64,000 bases of DNA from Camelus dromedarius (lineage: Eukaryota), in contig NC_087436.1 of the NCBI RefSeq assembly GCF_036321535.1, forward strand, positions 10,912,001 to 10,976,000, read 5' to 3'. Position 1 is the stretch's first letter; each line of letters opens with the position of its first letter. The translations under genes were made by a program, and so were the position numbers. The notes under the pieces were generated by a model. That model searched no databases. It saw nothing but the letters and a program-made list of their open reading frames with translations, and was not told the origin of the DNA. Positions 37,601 to 52,390 of this stretch are shown one piece after another.

Positions 37601-40334
37601 ATAAGCATTCATGATTTTTGAAGTCTACTTTAATTCCCAAACTACAGCAAGAGCCATATGGAAAGGACTCAAAGTGCTACAACCTTGCTTCTGGACCTGA
37701 CTCTCCTAGTGATGTATTTTATGGCTTAAGCAATTCATTTAACCTAGCCACTTTATCTTTCTCATTTGAGAAAGGAAGTTAATGACCTCTGTCTTACTTG
37801 AGAAGATTTTATGAGAAAAGAGAGTGGAAGTGTGATACAAAGATAGTAATAATTGTAACAGATCTAAATGGGGTCTCCTGAGCTGTATCTCGTACAGATA
37901 AAAGGAACAGTCAATTATGTTTGGTTGATTTTGGTGACTAGGTCAGGAAGGGAGAGAAAGAAGAGGAGAAGGGGGAAAAGGAAGATGTATTCTGTTGGGG
38001 CTCTTTCCAACAGATGTAAAAATGGAGCAGTGAAAAGAGGCTGGCCTTCGAAAAGGTTCTAACTCCAGTTTTGGCATTCACTATTCCTTGATTAATATCT
38101 TCATCTCTCTGGACCTCACTTTGTCCTGTAAAATACAACTAAGTTTTTTTCTCAATTTATTGCAATGTTTCTGAAATCAAGGTGTGTACAACTCTAGAGT
38201 AATTTTAATACAGTGTTATTTCTTACCACTTCTTAAAAGTTATTAATTATAACAATAATTGGTGATACAGTCTCAAAGAAATACAACGCTATCTCAAAAA
38301 AGGAGGGAGAAATTGCTCTGCTTTATTAATGATATATCCAAACATCCTGAACAGAACTTGGAGATTGTTGGTTGAATGAGTGAGTGTATGACTGAGTCAT
38401 CATGATGGTTAACTAAAATTACAGAATATATATGTATATATATATATATATATAATACCTAAGATGATGCCTGGCATTTAGTAGCTGATGAATAACTAAT
38501 ATAGCACCAAATCCTGGATTCGGAGACTAATTGCATTCTAAAGCTTTTTATTCATTTATCCTATAAGAGAGAAAATATTTGCTATATAATGTATTTTGTG
38601 TTATATCTCCAAAGGGGTTCGAGTCAGCACCCTGAAATCAAACACAGCAGCATAATATACAAAGTTCACACCATTCGTGATAAAAGCAGCCAAGTCTGTT
38701 CAAGTCACATTGTGCAAATAAGTCACAAAATTTTTTTTCAATATTCAGAGATTTCTAGATTTTAGAATTTAGACAAATAGTTATAAATAATGATGGTTAA
38801 TATTTATTGAATACCTACTAAATGTTAGGTTCTGCTTCAAGCTCATTATGTAATTAACTTAATTAAACCTCAAAACAAACTTCTGAAGTATGTACCATTA
38901 TTATTCCCATTTTTATAGAAGAGAAACCTGATGCACAAAGAGGTTAAATCACTTGCTCTATTTGGTTTATGAACCAAAATAAGTCTGGAAGGATTTTGTT
39001 AAACATTGTAAAAATAAAAATTAAATGAACAAGAATATGTTGATAGACATTTATCTCAGTAGAAAAGGAATTTCTAAGCTATAAGCAATAAAGGAAATAA
39101 AAACCTTGAAAGAGTAACATATTTTATTAAATAACAAAATTTCTTGAGTATCAAAAATTTTAAGTTTAATAAACTGTCTTAAACATTTGCAACAAATTGT
39201 TGGCATATTAAACATATAGAGAGAGCATACAAATCAATAAACAGTGCTAAGACCTCAGCAGATGAGAAGGAAAGAGACAAAAAAAAAAAAAAATCACAAA
39301 AAAAGGAATGCCAGTAGCAAAAAAAGTGTGAAAATTCAAGTCTGAAGTTCAAAGTTAAAAACTGAGATATAATTTTTCAAGTATCAAGTAATATTTTTAT
39401 GACTTGTAATACATGCCAAATGCTTTAAGATTTCCCATAGACTTTGAGGTAGTAATTTGATTTTTTAAAATTTACTATAGAGAAATAACCTGAAAAATAT
39501 GGGAAACATCTGCAAAGATGTTCATTAAAGAGTAATTTATAATATCAAGAAGAAAAAAAAAAAAAAAGGAAACCAGTGCTTTTAAGGTCCAGAGTCATAA
39601 TGTCAATAAAATAGCTTCAAACTAATGAAGAGGAAAAATTTATTTGGTGCAACCAATATACCATTTTTTGGCACACTGCTGAGCCTAAGAGAACTGCCAA
39701 TGTTGTAAAATCATAGTTTAGTTTCCTGATATCACATTAGTAAGCTCTCCAGAGTTGTTGCCAGGAACCTGAGACCCTGAAGCCGTATACCTAAGCTAGA
39801 GAGTTTTCTCCGTAGTTGTCCTGATCAGTGGGATCCTTTCTTACTTCATCATCAGTAAGTGATGACGAGCTATAAAATTATTATATTCCACTATGTCCCT
39901 GTACTCTGCCCCTCTTTCCAAATAAGTTGTTAGTACTGCAACTTTAGAAAGGTATTAACTTTGAATCCTTTGAGAACTAGAATAACCCAACTAGAGTATA
40001 ATAAAAGAGCAATTTTAACCTTTAAGAATGAACCTCATGCATCTTCCTTTTCTTAACTACATCTGCAGCCCTTCTTTCTTCCTCCTCTCCCTTCTGTAAT
40101 CCTTTTCTTGATAAACAATTCCACCATTCATCCAAAGTTTCAAGCAAGAAATCTAGACATCACTGCAAGATCTTTCCTCTCACTGTACCCCATTGGAATA
40201 ATTAATATTTTGTATTCACACATACAAATATTATGTAACAAATTATTCTATTTTGATTAATTACATGCCAGTCCTTTTAAAACATGTCTGGCATCATGCA
40301 ACTCTGTCATTATGTTTCCCAATCAAATATTCTA

Positions 40335-40608
40335 TCGTGTGTACTGGTGGAGTCCTATGGGATGTGTCATAACCATCAGGTCCTACAGCTTCTCCCATGA
40401 TTTCAGCCCTCAACCAGGCTCTAATGTTACCTTAGGAGTGGAAGAGTGGTAAGGCTTAAGAGTAGTAATGGCTTCCACTCTTGCTAGTTCTAACCTCTTG
40501 GTTACTTTAACTCTACTCACATATCAGTATTTCCTTTACTGAAAAGTCTTGTGACAAACTCCAACAGGCTGTGAGCTCTGTTTCCTATCAAGAGACACAC
40601 CGATATAT
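40335..40608 (+). mobile_element. Old ERVL LTR fragment (LTR33/LTR16-like) within L2 remnants
   Basis: ggtaatggcttcc...ttgctag core and ctctgtttcct...gatata end; flanked by pyrimidine-rich L2-like sequence at about 40050-41600. Confidence 0.45.
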
Positions 40609-41628
40609 AACCCTTCTCCAAACCACTGAAATAGCCTCTGATTGAGTTCATGCCTACAGCCCCACCCTCTCCCCAACCTTTTTACAACATCCTTCAACCA
40701 TGTACAGAGTACCGTTTCTCAAATGCAAACCTGACAATGTCATTCCCCTGAGCAAAATCTACAGTATTTGACATAATCATTGGCAGTAGTTTCCAACCAG
40801 AGTTGTTGCAAACGGTCTACAAATCCTTACATACCCTCAGATTTTCTGTGAAATAATCAGCCTTATATATACACACACTACTTCTTTTTAAATTGTGCTA
40901 CTGTGATTAATTAAATGTCAACTCATTTAAAACATGACTGACTTCATACTGACCTTGTCATTATATGTTTCCTAGGCAATTAAATCTTCCATTATGTATA
41001 TTAAAAGCATCTTTATATTCAACATAAAGTCTAGACTCTTTTTAATTTTCTAGCTTATTCTTCTACTGCTCAGTCAGGTGCACTTACATTTTACTTAAGG
41101 GCCATACTCTCTCTGTGTCTTTGTTTTAGGTCTGAAAGGAACCCACCCACACTCCATAACAGTTTCCTGGCAAATTCTCTCTCAGCTTTCATAGTAGAAA
41201 CATTATACTGAAAATCAATATGCTGGAGTTTGAGCTAAGTACTTTATGTGCATTATCTCATTTAACACTTATTACAGTAGCTGAGATGAAGCTTAAGGGG
41301 TTTGCACAAGTTCACACAACCATAATGTATAAAATGAAGACTTAAAACTTGAGGCTTAAACTTTAAAAACTAAACTGTATGTTCTCTTATGATGCTAGTC
41401 CAGAGGGTAAAAAAAGTTGCATAGTCTTTGAAATCTCACTCACATGCCACTCTGTGTTTTCATTCCCAAGCCACTTCATACATCCCTCCTCATACTCTCT
41501 TGCCATGATTTGTTTACTTATCTCTCCCACTGACCTCAAATGTTTTAGGGATGAAAACCCCATCTCACATTTTGTTTGTTTGGTTTTTCCTTTGTTTGCA
41601 TACCAGCATTCAATAGAGTATCTAAGTA

Positions 41629-42217
41629 CATGCATTACAATGTTCACAGCAGCACTATATACAATAGCCAAGACATGGAATCAACCTAAATGTGCATCGA
41701 CAGATGACTGGATAAAGAAGCTCTAGTATATTTATACAACGGAATACTACTCAGCAATAAAAAGGATAATATAATGCCATTTGCAGCAATATGGATGGAC
41801 ATGGAGATCATCATTCTAAGTGAAGCAAGCCAGAAAGAGAAAGAAAAAAACCATGTGGTATCACTCATATGTGGAATCTGAAAAAAAAAGAACAAAGAGG
41901 ACACTAATGAATTCATCTACAAAACAGAAACAGACTCGCAGACATAGTAAACAGTCTTATGGTTACCAGGGGGAAGGGGATGGGAAGGGATAAATCTGGG
42001 AGTTTGAGATTTATAAATGTTAGCCACTATATATAAAAATATATAAAAACCCAAATTTCTTCTGTATAGCACAGGGAACTATATTCAATATCTTGTAGTA
42101 ACCTTTATTGAAAAAGAATATGAAAACGAATATATGTATGTATATGCATGACTGGAACATTGTGCTGTACACCAGAAATTGACACATTGTAACTGACTGT
42201 ACTTCAATTAAAAAAAG
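41629..42217 (+). mobile_element. Camelid L1 3' fragment
   Basis: ORF2 tail (TCITMFTAALYTIAKTWNQPKC) and 3' UTR. TSD tagagtatctaagta (41614-41628) / tagagtatctaggta (42218-42232). Confidence 0.93.
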
Positions 42218-44199
42218 TAGAGTATCTAGGTATCAAACCTAGAGTAATTTATTAATCAAATCAATGCTTTATAAATGAATGGCACTGTTTTAAATATTAG
42301 AGTAAAACAATATCTATGAGGAATTCTTGCATTGCAACATTTCCAAAGTGCTTATTTTGTTTATATCCCTGATTCAATACTGGTTTGATATTTATCTATT
42401 TTGTCTCACTTGACCATCTTATTGTGGCAACTGACCACTTTTTTCTTAGTTGCCAAATAATGATTAACTAATCATATGTGTCAAGAAACACTGATTTTTT
42501 TCTTTTGCCTTTAATTGACTTGGTTCATATATAAATGGTAATAGTGATTACTTTTCTGTTGTCAATATCATATATTGTAAATTATCTACACAGTGAAAAA
42601 CATTGTTTATTTGGATGTCTTCATTTGTAATTTGTGCTATTTCTTGTTTACCCAACCACAGAGATCAAATTTAGAAGATGCATATGCGGCATGGAAGAGT
42701 AGGCAAATCTCTATATTTAAACCATAAAAAAGAAATACATAAGAAAGAAAATTAAATATTGAAATCATGTGCTTTGTCCAAAAAAGTTTTTGTGAACAAG
42801 ATAAGATTTATCAAAAATCTGATTGCAATCAGATTAATATCATGAAAATATGCAAAATTCATAGTTATTATTATTGAGTTCTGATATATGCAAGGTATTT
42901 TTATGAATATTTCACATTCGTTCATCAATGTAACATTCACAACAACTTTATGCATTGGGTACTAATATTTTTTACATTTTATGGATGAGAAAACTTAGGT
43001 GCAGAAATGGAAAGCAACTTGCAAATGTGTGAAACTACTGATATCCTAGGTGGTATTTAGAACCCAGGAAATCTGTCCTCTGAATTTTCTTAATCACTAT
43101 GCAATACTGCCTGTACTTAAAGAAACAGCAAATGGAATCAATTATTATTAGTGAGTACACACACATACACACACAGTAGAAATAAAGGAGTACCCCAACC
43201 CACATTCCTGACCTGACTCGTTCTTGGGACAAGATTCTCAAAATTCCACTATTGTCTACCTATATACTTGAAGTTTCTTATCTATAAAGTAAAAATAATG
43301 AGTATTTATTTTATAGGTTTGCTGTGATGATTTCATCACTTAATATATATATGAAGCACTTCAAACAGTACCTAACATAGACTAAATGCTAGTTATTAGT
43401 AATTTATGACTAAAATGAGATTATTTATCCCCTTGGAAGGCATCCATTTAGATACTTTTTATGTGAAAATTAATAAACTATTATTCTAATGTATAGATCA
43501 GTCTGTTATGTACTTACTAAAATGAATTTTCTTTCAAAATTCTTAAGTGTATGCAAGAATGAGAATTCATTGACTGTTAAGTTTTAATTTGTGAGCCATC
43601 TATAAGAAATTGATGGCAGTTTATTTGGTATGTAGTTGAAATTACTGTAGTCACATAAGTGTACATCAGGAGACAGTGCTTTTATGGATTCATGGTGAAG
43701 CTGCGCACTTGGGTCAGGGAGACTGAGTTCAGCACCATGGACAGCACTTTGCAGACCCAGACTTTTCAGCAAAGAGGCGCAGTGAGACAAAAATCTAGTA
43801 TTTTTCAGAAATTTGAGCAAGAACACACACACGTGTATATAATTTTATCAATCATTTGTATATATAGCACCATTTATTATTTTATTCACAAGAAATCAAG
43901 ACCATTATAATAGCCAAATACCTCAAGCAAAATCTAAATAAGGAAGAAGAGAATAGCTAAAATTTTAGCAGTAGTATATTGTTCCCATAATCCTAGCTGC
44001 ACCTTAAGAGTGTGTTTTGATACTTTCCTAAGTTTTTTTAAAGCATTAATTTTTATTTTTTATTGCAGTGGAACTTACAGTATTTAAAGTGGCAGAATTC
44101 ATGAAATTGGTAAGAATTAGCAATAATGTTGTATGTCTTATTTTAATTAATAGCAACCTATACACTGTATGAAATTTATATTTAAAGATGTTTTAATAT

Positions 44200-46330
44200 A
44201 TACCAATGAACTGGACAACCCAGAAGAAATTAATAAGTTCTTATTATCATACAATCTTCCAAGAAAGAATCAGGAAGAAACAAAATCTAAATAAAAAGAT
44301 CATTATTAAGAATATTAAATCAGTAATCAAAAACCTCCAAACAAAATCCAGGACCATATGGCTTCCCTGGTAAATTCTGCCAATTGTTTAAAGAAGATTT
44401 AATATCTATCCTTCTCAAACTCTTACAAAAATTCAAGAGGAAGAAAAGCTTCCAAACTCATTTTACAAGGTCAGCATTATCTGGACATCAAAACTAGATA
44501 AGGGCATTTAAAAAAGAAAGAAAACAAAAAGAAAATTTTAGGCTGATATACTTAATGACCACAGATGCAAAACAAAGTATTAACAAACCAAATTCAAAAT
44601 ACATTAAAAGAATCATATAGTATGATCAAGTGAGATTTATTCTGGGGATGTAAGGATGAATCAACATCAGCAAATCAACAACTTGTTACACCACATTAAC
44701 AAAATGAAGGACAAAAATTGTATGATCAGCTCAATAGAAGCAGGAAAAGCATTTGACAAAAGTCAAAATCCATTTATGATAAAAACTCTCAACAAAATGG
44801 GTATAGAGGAAACATACCTCAATATAATAAAGGTCATATGTGAGAAGCCCACAGCCAACATTGTACTCAATGGTGAAAAACTACAAGTTTTCTTTTAAGA
44901 TCGTGGGGGAAAAAAAGGATGCTTACTCCTTCCAATTTTATTTAACATAGTAATAGAAATCTAAGAAAAAAGAAAAGAAAAAGAAAGTGCATCCAAATTG
45001 GAAAGGAAGTAAAATTGTCTTTTTTTTTTTTTTTTTTTTTTTTTTTTGCAGATGGCATGATTTTATATATAGAAAACCCTAAGGACTCAACTGAAAAAAA
45101 AAACAACAACAAAAACTATTAGAACTAATAAATGAATTCAATAAAGTTGCAGGGTATAAAATCAATATATAAAAATTGGTATACATTAGCAACAAACCAG
45201 TGGAAAGAGAAATTAAAAAAACAATTCCATTTAAAATTACATCAAAAAGAATGAAATATCTAGGAATAAATTTAAGTAGGATGTGAAAGACCTCTATACT
45301 GAAAAGTATAAGTCATTAATGAAAGAAATTGAAGAAGATACAAAAACATCAAAAGATATTTTATGTTCATGAATTGGAAGAATTAATATTGTTAAAATGT
45401 TTACATTTGCTATATACTCAAAGCAATAGATAGATTCAATGCAATTCCTATAAAAATTTCAGTAACATCTTTCACAGAAATAGAATAAACAATTCTAAAA
45501 TTTGTATGGAACCACAAAAGACCTTAAATAGGTAAAGCAATCTTGAGAAAGAAAAACAAATCTGAAGGTGTCAGTCTCCCTGACTTCAAACTATATCACA
45601 AAGCTATAATAATCAAAACAGTAGAGTAATAGCATAAAAACAGACACATAAATCAATGGAACAGAATAGAGAGCCCAGAAATAAACCTACAAATATATGG
45701 TCAATTAATTTACAACAAAGGAGGTAAGAATATACAATGGGGAAAGAATATTCTCTTTAATAAAGGGTGTTGGGGAAACTGGACAATATGCAAAAGAATG
45801 AAACTACACCATTATGTTACACCACACACAAAAATTAACCCTAAATAGATTAAAGACTTGAATGTAAGATCTAAAACCATAAAACTTCCAGAAAAAAACA
45901 TAGATAGTAAGCTACTTGACATTGATCTTAGCAATGAATTTTTGGATCTGACTCCAAAAGCAAATGCAACAAAAGCAAATAAACAAATGAGACCTAATTA
46001 CACTTATAAGCTTCTGCAAAGCAAAACAAACGATCAACAAAATGAAAAGGCAACCTACTGAATTGGAGAAAATATTTGCAAATCATGTATCTGATAAGCT
46101 ATTAATAAACAAAATATATAAAGAACTCATAAAATTCAATAACAAAATCTCAAAAAGTCCAATTTAAAAAATGGGCAGAGAGTCTGAAAAGATATTTCCA
46201 AATAAGACATACAGATAGCCAAAAGGCACACAAAAAGATGCTCAACATCAATAATTATCAGGGAAATGCAAGTGAAAACTACAATGAGATATGACCTCAC
46301 ACTGTTAGAATGGCTATGGTGTATAAAATA
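44200..46330 (+). mobile_element. Degenerate L1 ORF2 (reverse transcriptase region)
   Basis: Peptide [40 protein letters not shown]...[13 protein letters not shown]; many stops and frameshifts. Confidence 0.92.
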
Positions 46331-46339
46331 GAATAGGAC

Positions 46340-47380
46340 TTGTTGGTGAAATGGTTGATTCATTGCTAGAGCAGAAAAAATACAAGATGAGCCTGGAATA
46401 TCTTGTTCTTCCAGAAAGTAAGACCCTGCTCAAAGACAGACGGAGACATGTTAAAAGACAGGGCAGTCAGTTTGAGTGGACCAATTAATAAGAAGGAATC
46501 ATGGAGTAAAAAGATCATCAATGGATGAAAACTAGTGGGTAAAAGCTGGATAAGAACATAGACTCAGAGTATTTTCCCACAATTAATTTTTGATAGCAAG
46601 TTAAAAATATCAGTTGTACAGTGAGTGAACTTGGTGCACACCACCTAAACCAAGTGATCAAAGACGGCATCTCCAATAAATGGGAAAACGGACATTGTGT
46701 GCCTCCTGCTGTGATACTCCGAGAAAGACACAAATCCCCTTGGTAGTAATCTTGCCAAAAATGCCTAACTGAAACTAATAAAAAGGACAGCAAGAGAATC
46801 TGAGTAACATCATTCTATAAAACAGCCGGCCTGGGCTTTTCAAAATTACCAAGTTCAAGAAACACAAAGGAAGGCTTAAGAATTCTTCCAGATTAAGGGA
46901 CATAATGATTAGATGCAATGGGTGACCCTGGAACAGAAAAAATAAATAGACATAAAGGAGGCGTGATTGAAACAACTTGTGAAATTTGAATATGGACTGC
47001 AGATGAGATAACAGCATTATATCAAGGTTAGATATTATAATTTTGATAACTATGTTGTAGTTTCATAAAAGAATATCTTTGCCTTTACAAATGCACATCA
47101 AAGTATTTAAGAATAAAAAGGCATGATGTCTTTAACTCATTCTCAAGTGACTCAGAAAAAAAAATACACGTATGTACATCTTTATCTGCTATGTATGGTG
47201 TATGTGTGTGTATATATATATCTACACACAGAATATAGAACATTAAGTATATTATACACACATAAGTACAGAAAGAGAAAATTACAAAATAAATGGTCAA
47301 AATAACTGCATAAAGGATATATGGGAATTGCTTGCAACTTTTCTGTAAGTTTGAAATTACATTAAAATAAAATTTACACA
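46340..47380 (+). mobile_element. L1MC-like 3' UTR remnant
   Basis: gatgagcctggaa; ccacctaaaccaagtgatcaaa; gcttgcaacttttctgtaagtttgaaatt. Confidence 0.7.
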
Positions 47381-48377
47381 AATACCAATAATGACCAACA
47401 TTTTAAAAAATAAAGGATATTTTAAGAATAACTGCATAATATCATTCTCTAGAAGATAATTCCATGGTCAATATATGCCTTGTGCCTCAAAGATGTTTGC
47501 ACTCATGTTTATCAATATTTTACTATAGAATTATAAATTCTCAGTGTGTTCCTACTATAGCAGCAGAATTCTTAAGTTTGCTTCTGTTTCTGTGCACCCA
47601 AAAATAAATCAAATTAGCTTCTGAACTGACCTTACCACTTGGTAAATTCTCTCTGAGATAATGGCATCACATAAGTTTCCTTAGCAGACAGTTGGCTCTC
47701 TTGGCAAATTTTTATTTTTACACGTGCCTTCTATCCCTAAATTCATAAAGCCTTTCCACATTCCCTTTTCGTACATGATGTCTCTCCCTCTTCTGGATTG
47801 CTCCTCCAGGCCCTGCAGCACTCTTATTGCCGTGTATTTTTATATTTTATACTTTTTGCACTATTTCACCTCATATGAACATTCTTTGCCCTATTAGACA
47901 TCAGTTCCTTGAAGACAAAAATTATATCTCCTCCACTTTTGTAATTTCCACATCACCTAACATAATGCACTACACATAAAAGGTCCTTAAACAAAGTTTA
48001 TCAGTATTTTGAATATCAGCATGTTTAAGGAAGTATGGGCTGAAAGATGTTTTGTGGTATTCAGAACATTCTTCTTTTGGTAACTTTCAGAAAAATAAAA
48101 TAAAAATGCACTTCTACAAATACATTACACAGGCTGTGTAGCAAGATTAATAATCATCAAACATAGCAGCCAGACCAGTGTTGCTATAATATCCATTAGT
48201 CCTTCCTTAGACTGTTTCCTGCTATGAAAAATGCTGTCATAAAGTAAATGATCTTGATGCTCTGATATCCTCCAAATCCACTCTCAACAAGGTCCCAAAG
48301 GCCATGGAAAAGAAAGACTCACAGAACAAATTAAAGTGCTCAAATAACGTGATTTACTTAGTCAATTAAAACACATA

Positions 48378-48586
48378 GGGAGTTTGGGATTGGCAGATAC
48401 AAACTACTGTGAATAGATAAACAAGGTCCTTGTACAGCACAGGGAACTATATTCAATGGCTTGTAGTTACCTGTAATGAAAAAGAATATGAAAAAGAAGC
48501 ATATGTATATATAAACTGAATCACTATGATGTGCACCAGAAACAGATACAACATTGTAAACTGACTAAACTTCAATTAAAAAAAAA
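48378..48586 (+). mobile_element. Artiodactyl L1 3' end
   Basis: ggagtttgggattggcagatacaaactact...cagggaactatattcaa...cttcaattaaaaaaa. Confidence 0.85.
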
Positions 48587-49556
48587 CCGCATACAGAGAA
48601 GCAACGGGGAAAAGATGACATAGGTTAATACACCTGAAATAGTGTGCAGAGTGGAACACACTCCACCTAACCTCTGGGTGACACAATTCTCTCTATATAA
48701 ATGGATAGATAGATAAATAGATAGATGCATGTGTATCTCTTGCATAATTTTGTCCTCTCTCTTTTCTGAACTGCCCTACCCCCTTAATGGTATAGTTATA
48801 AACCCCAAGTTGAGGTTTGAGTAACTCAGTAGAAGAGGCCTGGGACCGGCACACGTACGTCTGTACCTGACCAATCACTGGCCGTGCCCACTGAGAAGCT
48901 CACTGGAATCAGCTTGTGATAAGCTATGGATTTTACTTGTGTTTCTTGAGTGGAAGATATACGAGGCCAGAATGAATGTTACCAATAAGTGACCAAATTA
49001 AAACCTTAGGGACACTCAATGGCTGACAGGTGTTTAGTGCCTGATGAATACCATGTGTCTCCCATATATTTAGGGCACCACACTTATTAGGTGCCTTTTG
49101 GTCTTTCTGTCTTTTTATATCTATGTTCATCTCATGCAGGCTCTGCCTACTGCCTTACTTATCTGCTACATCTCTCAAGCTACCTGCTCACACGTTATGT
49201 TATATATCCACACCTCACACATCTTATGAATTTCACTCATGTATTCGTCTTCTATCGTATTCTCAAATATTTTCAAAGAATTCATAAAACCCCTTTGTAG
49301 CAATATTAAAAATTGTGCCATTGGGTTCAGAATGTACTGTGTATTTAAAATATACAGAAGGAAGTAAATAGACAACAAGTTTAGCATGAGGTTTGTGGCA
49401 GAATTTGTATGTATAAAAACAAGTAAACACAAACATCCCTCCAAGCCATATAAGTAAAAGATATATATTTCAGTAGAATGAAATAGCATTTGAAGAGCCA
49501 GGTAGAAGAAGGTAAGTTGAAGGAGTTGACAAATTAAAAGATATTGGTGACTTAGA

Positions 49557-49960
49557 GTTGTTAGGATGCTCAGGATAAGCTAGGTTATGCTGTGCTCATA
49601 GACACCCCCAAATCTCACTTTTTTTAGAATAAAAAAAAGTCTCACTCAAAATTACAAAGGCTTATTTCTCACTCAGTCTTCACACTGAACACAAATTTCA
49701 ACTAGAGACAGAAGTCTGTCTCTACCCCGTAACATCACCATCCTAACACAAGGCTTTATGGTTTATCACAGCAAGAGGTAAGCGAATGAAGAAGCTGCAT
49801 TAGCTTTTAAATGCTTCCACCCAGAAGTGACACACATCACTTTCATTCCAGTTTTATTGCCCAAGGCAAGTCCCTTTACCACACCTAGTTTCGAGGAGGT
49901 AGGTTTGCAGCAAGAAGGGGAAACTAGAAGTCTTGGAAAACACTGGTAAAGTCTTTCATA
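49557..49960 (-). mobile_element. Old MaLR LTR (MLT1J/L-like)
   Basis: caggataagctaggttatgctg start; cttccacccagaagtgacacacatcactt core. Confidence 0.65.
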
Positions 49961-50772
49961 GCAATTATTCTCATGAAAGTAACAACCAGAGATTTACAAA
50001 ATTGAAAGGCAACATGAAATAGTGAAAGCTGAATATTATACTATGTCTGTATACCTATAGACACATATCTATACATACATCTACGTACGTGTGCATGTAT
50101 GTGTGTGTACACATACACCTACACACAGGCTACATCACTGCGTGAACTGAAGTCAGTTTGGAATCAAAATAATCTACACCAGGGTGACTCCACCACACTA
50201 CGAGGACTTCCCTTCTTGTGTAAAATGGGGAAAATGCTGTTAATAAGGTCAACACTCTTGGTTTATTTTACATATTTTTTCTTTAATATTTTTGTATAAT
50301 ATGAATCTGAACCTTCAAGAGAACTGTGTGTTTTATTCTGGGGCAGGCAGTCCTCAGAGAAGCCAATGCCTGATTTCTGATGCTCTGGCAGGTTTCCAAG
50401 CAAGAAGAGGCAGAGAGCGCTCCAGCCGCATCTCAGAGGATGAATGGATGAAGCTGCTGACCTCCACCGGCCCCAGTCTGAGAGAGCCTGAGGTTGCATT
50501 TTGTGTCCCACCTTCCCTCTTGCACCCCTGGGGACAGGGACATCCTGGGGAGTGGGAGGGCCATGCATCGGCACTCCTGGTAAGTCCTTAGAAAGTACGC
50601 TTCACCTCTCTCCCCCTCATTTCCCTCTTACATAAATTAGAATGGTAATATGGGCACTGTATCTCTCACTGATGCAGTATGAGGACCGTATGAGGACCTA
50701 ATGAGTAAATGCATTAGAAAGAAATCTGAAACTGTTAAGAGCTGGTTTTGTCAATAACAATCTGTTTATTTT

Positions 50773-50935
50773 GGACATAGAAAACAAACTTATGCTTACC
50801 GCAGGGGGAAGAGGGAGGAGGGATAAATTGGGAATTTGAAATTATCAGACACACCCTACTGTATATAGAAATAGATAAACAACAAGGACCTACTGTATAG
50901 CACAGGAAACTGTACTCAATATCTTGTAATAGCCA
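50773..50935 (+). mobile_element. Artiodactyl L1 3'-UTR fragment
   Basis: gacatagaaaacaaacttatg...aacaacaaggacctactgtatagcacagg. Confidence 0.82.
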
Positions 50936-51241
50936 TCATTGACCATAAATGCTATTAAGACTGTGCTTTATTAAATCTCATATTAACTTTTTTTTATCAG
51001 CATGATTTTGTGGCAGATGAATAATGACTACTTTCCAAAAGAAGAAAAAAATTACTCTATTTACCAAAAGCATTGAATAGATATGAAACAAGTTAAGACC
51101 CAAAGAATTTGGCTATTAGAAATATAATAACCCCCAAATATAGCTACATTTTAAGTAATAGAAAAATTTATGTTATCTTGATACTTTCATGCAGCTTTCT
51201 TTTAAAAGAAATCTTAGACATAAGATGACTCAGCTATTTTA

Positions 51242-51246
<5 letters not shown>

Positions 51247-51286
<40 letters not shown>

Positions 51287-51300
51287 CGTCTCTGTGTGTG
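51247..51300. repeat. (TG)n microsatellite
   Basis: Direct inspection. Confidence 0.95.
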
Positions 51301-52279
51301 CAGGTGCCTCTGTGTGTGCACATGGATTTTTATATAATTTATACTTTTTGAGCACACAGAAACCTGCTAGTGGCCAGTTTTCATTAATTCCCTTTTAGAA
51401 TGAATATTTGATTTGGAAGATAAATCCTTTATGCAGTACGTTCAACTATTTCAGTTACTATTTGATATATTGCATATTCTTCTGCTTTATTTTAAAGATA
51501 ATATGTTTTTCTTGCTATAGTGTAGAATTAATTGGGTGTTTAAATCTCAGTGCAACACCACGTGACTAATTATGGGTATAAATGTTTCAGTTGAATGTAT
51601 TATTTATTTTTGAGGTAAAATATTTTTCCTTCTATTCGCACATCACCAGAGTATATATATTCTCCTTACTAAGCAAAACTGAGAAGCCTTCTCTATAAAG
51701 GTTTTGAAAATTCACTGTTTGGCAAGGTAACTTTAAGTCAGAATCATAATTCTGCCAGGGGTAACTATAAAACTTTATAAAAGCCACTTAACCTTCCTGG
51801 GCTTTAGTTACTTTATCTAAACATGGTCTAAATAATTTCTGAGGTCCTTTTGAGCTTTTAAAATTGTATGAAAGTGTCAAGCTGTGTCAGGATTTTTTTG
51901 AAAATAGGTAACAATGAATGATGGTGCTATGTCAGTGTGTTATGAATAGCTGTCATAATAAAGTATAAACATTTATCAGCAGAAGTTTGTTTAATGACTG
52001 GTGTGCTGACCACCAAAAAGTTAGTGCTAATATTTCCCCCTTAAAAGGATTTAATTTTTAAAATAAACGCTCTCATCTTCTTAAATCCACAGGTGGGATG
52101 GCTTGTTACAAAAGGAAATCTGAAAGTATGCTTACACAAGACATGTTTACTTTAAGGATAAAATACATAATCCACATATCAGATTAGATATTTTTCCCCC
52201 TAGAAAGTGACTTGTTTTAAAAAGAACTGAGTAAATATAAAGACTACCTAATTTAAATATTCAAAATAAACAAATTATT

Positions 52280-52390
52280 ATTTTTTTAACTGAAGTATAG
52301 TTGATTTAAAATGTTTTAGGTGTACAGCAAAGTGATTCAGTTATGCATACATGTATTCTTTTCAGATTCTTTTTCTATATAATGGATTAT
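52280..52390 (-). mobile_element. L1 3'-end fragment
   Basis: tttaactgaagtatagttgattt...ggtgtacagcaaagtgattcagttat. Confidence 0.78.

Noticed and set aside
49703..49724. Hairpin tagagacaga-ag-tctgtctcta as a structured RNA
   Set aside because: Arms are only 10 bp and lie inside a MaLR LTR; too short to support a functional claim.
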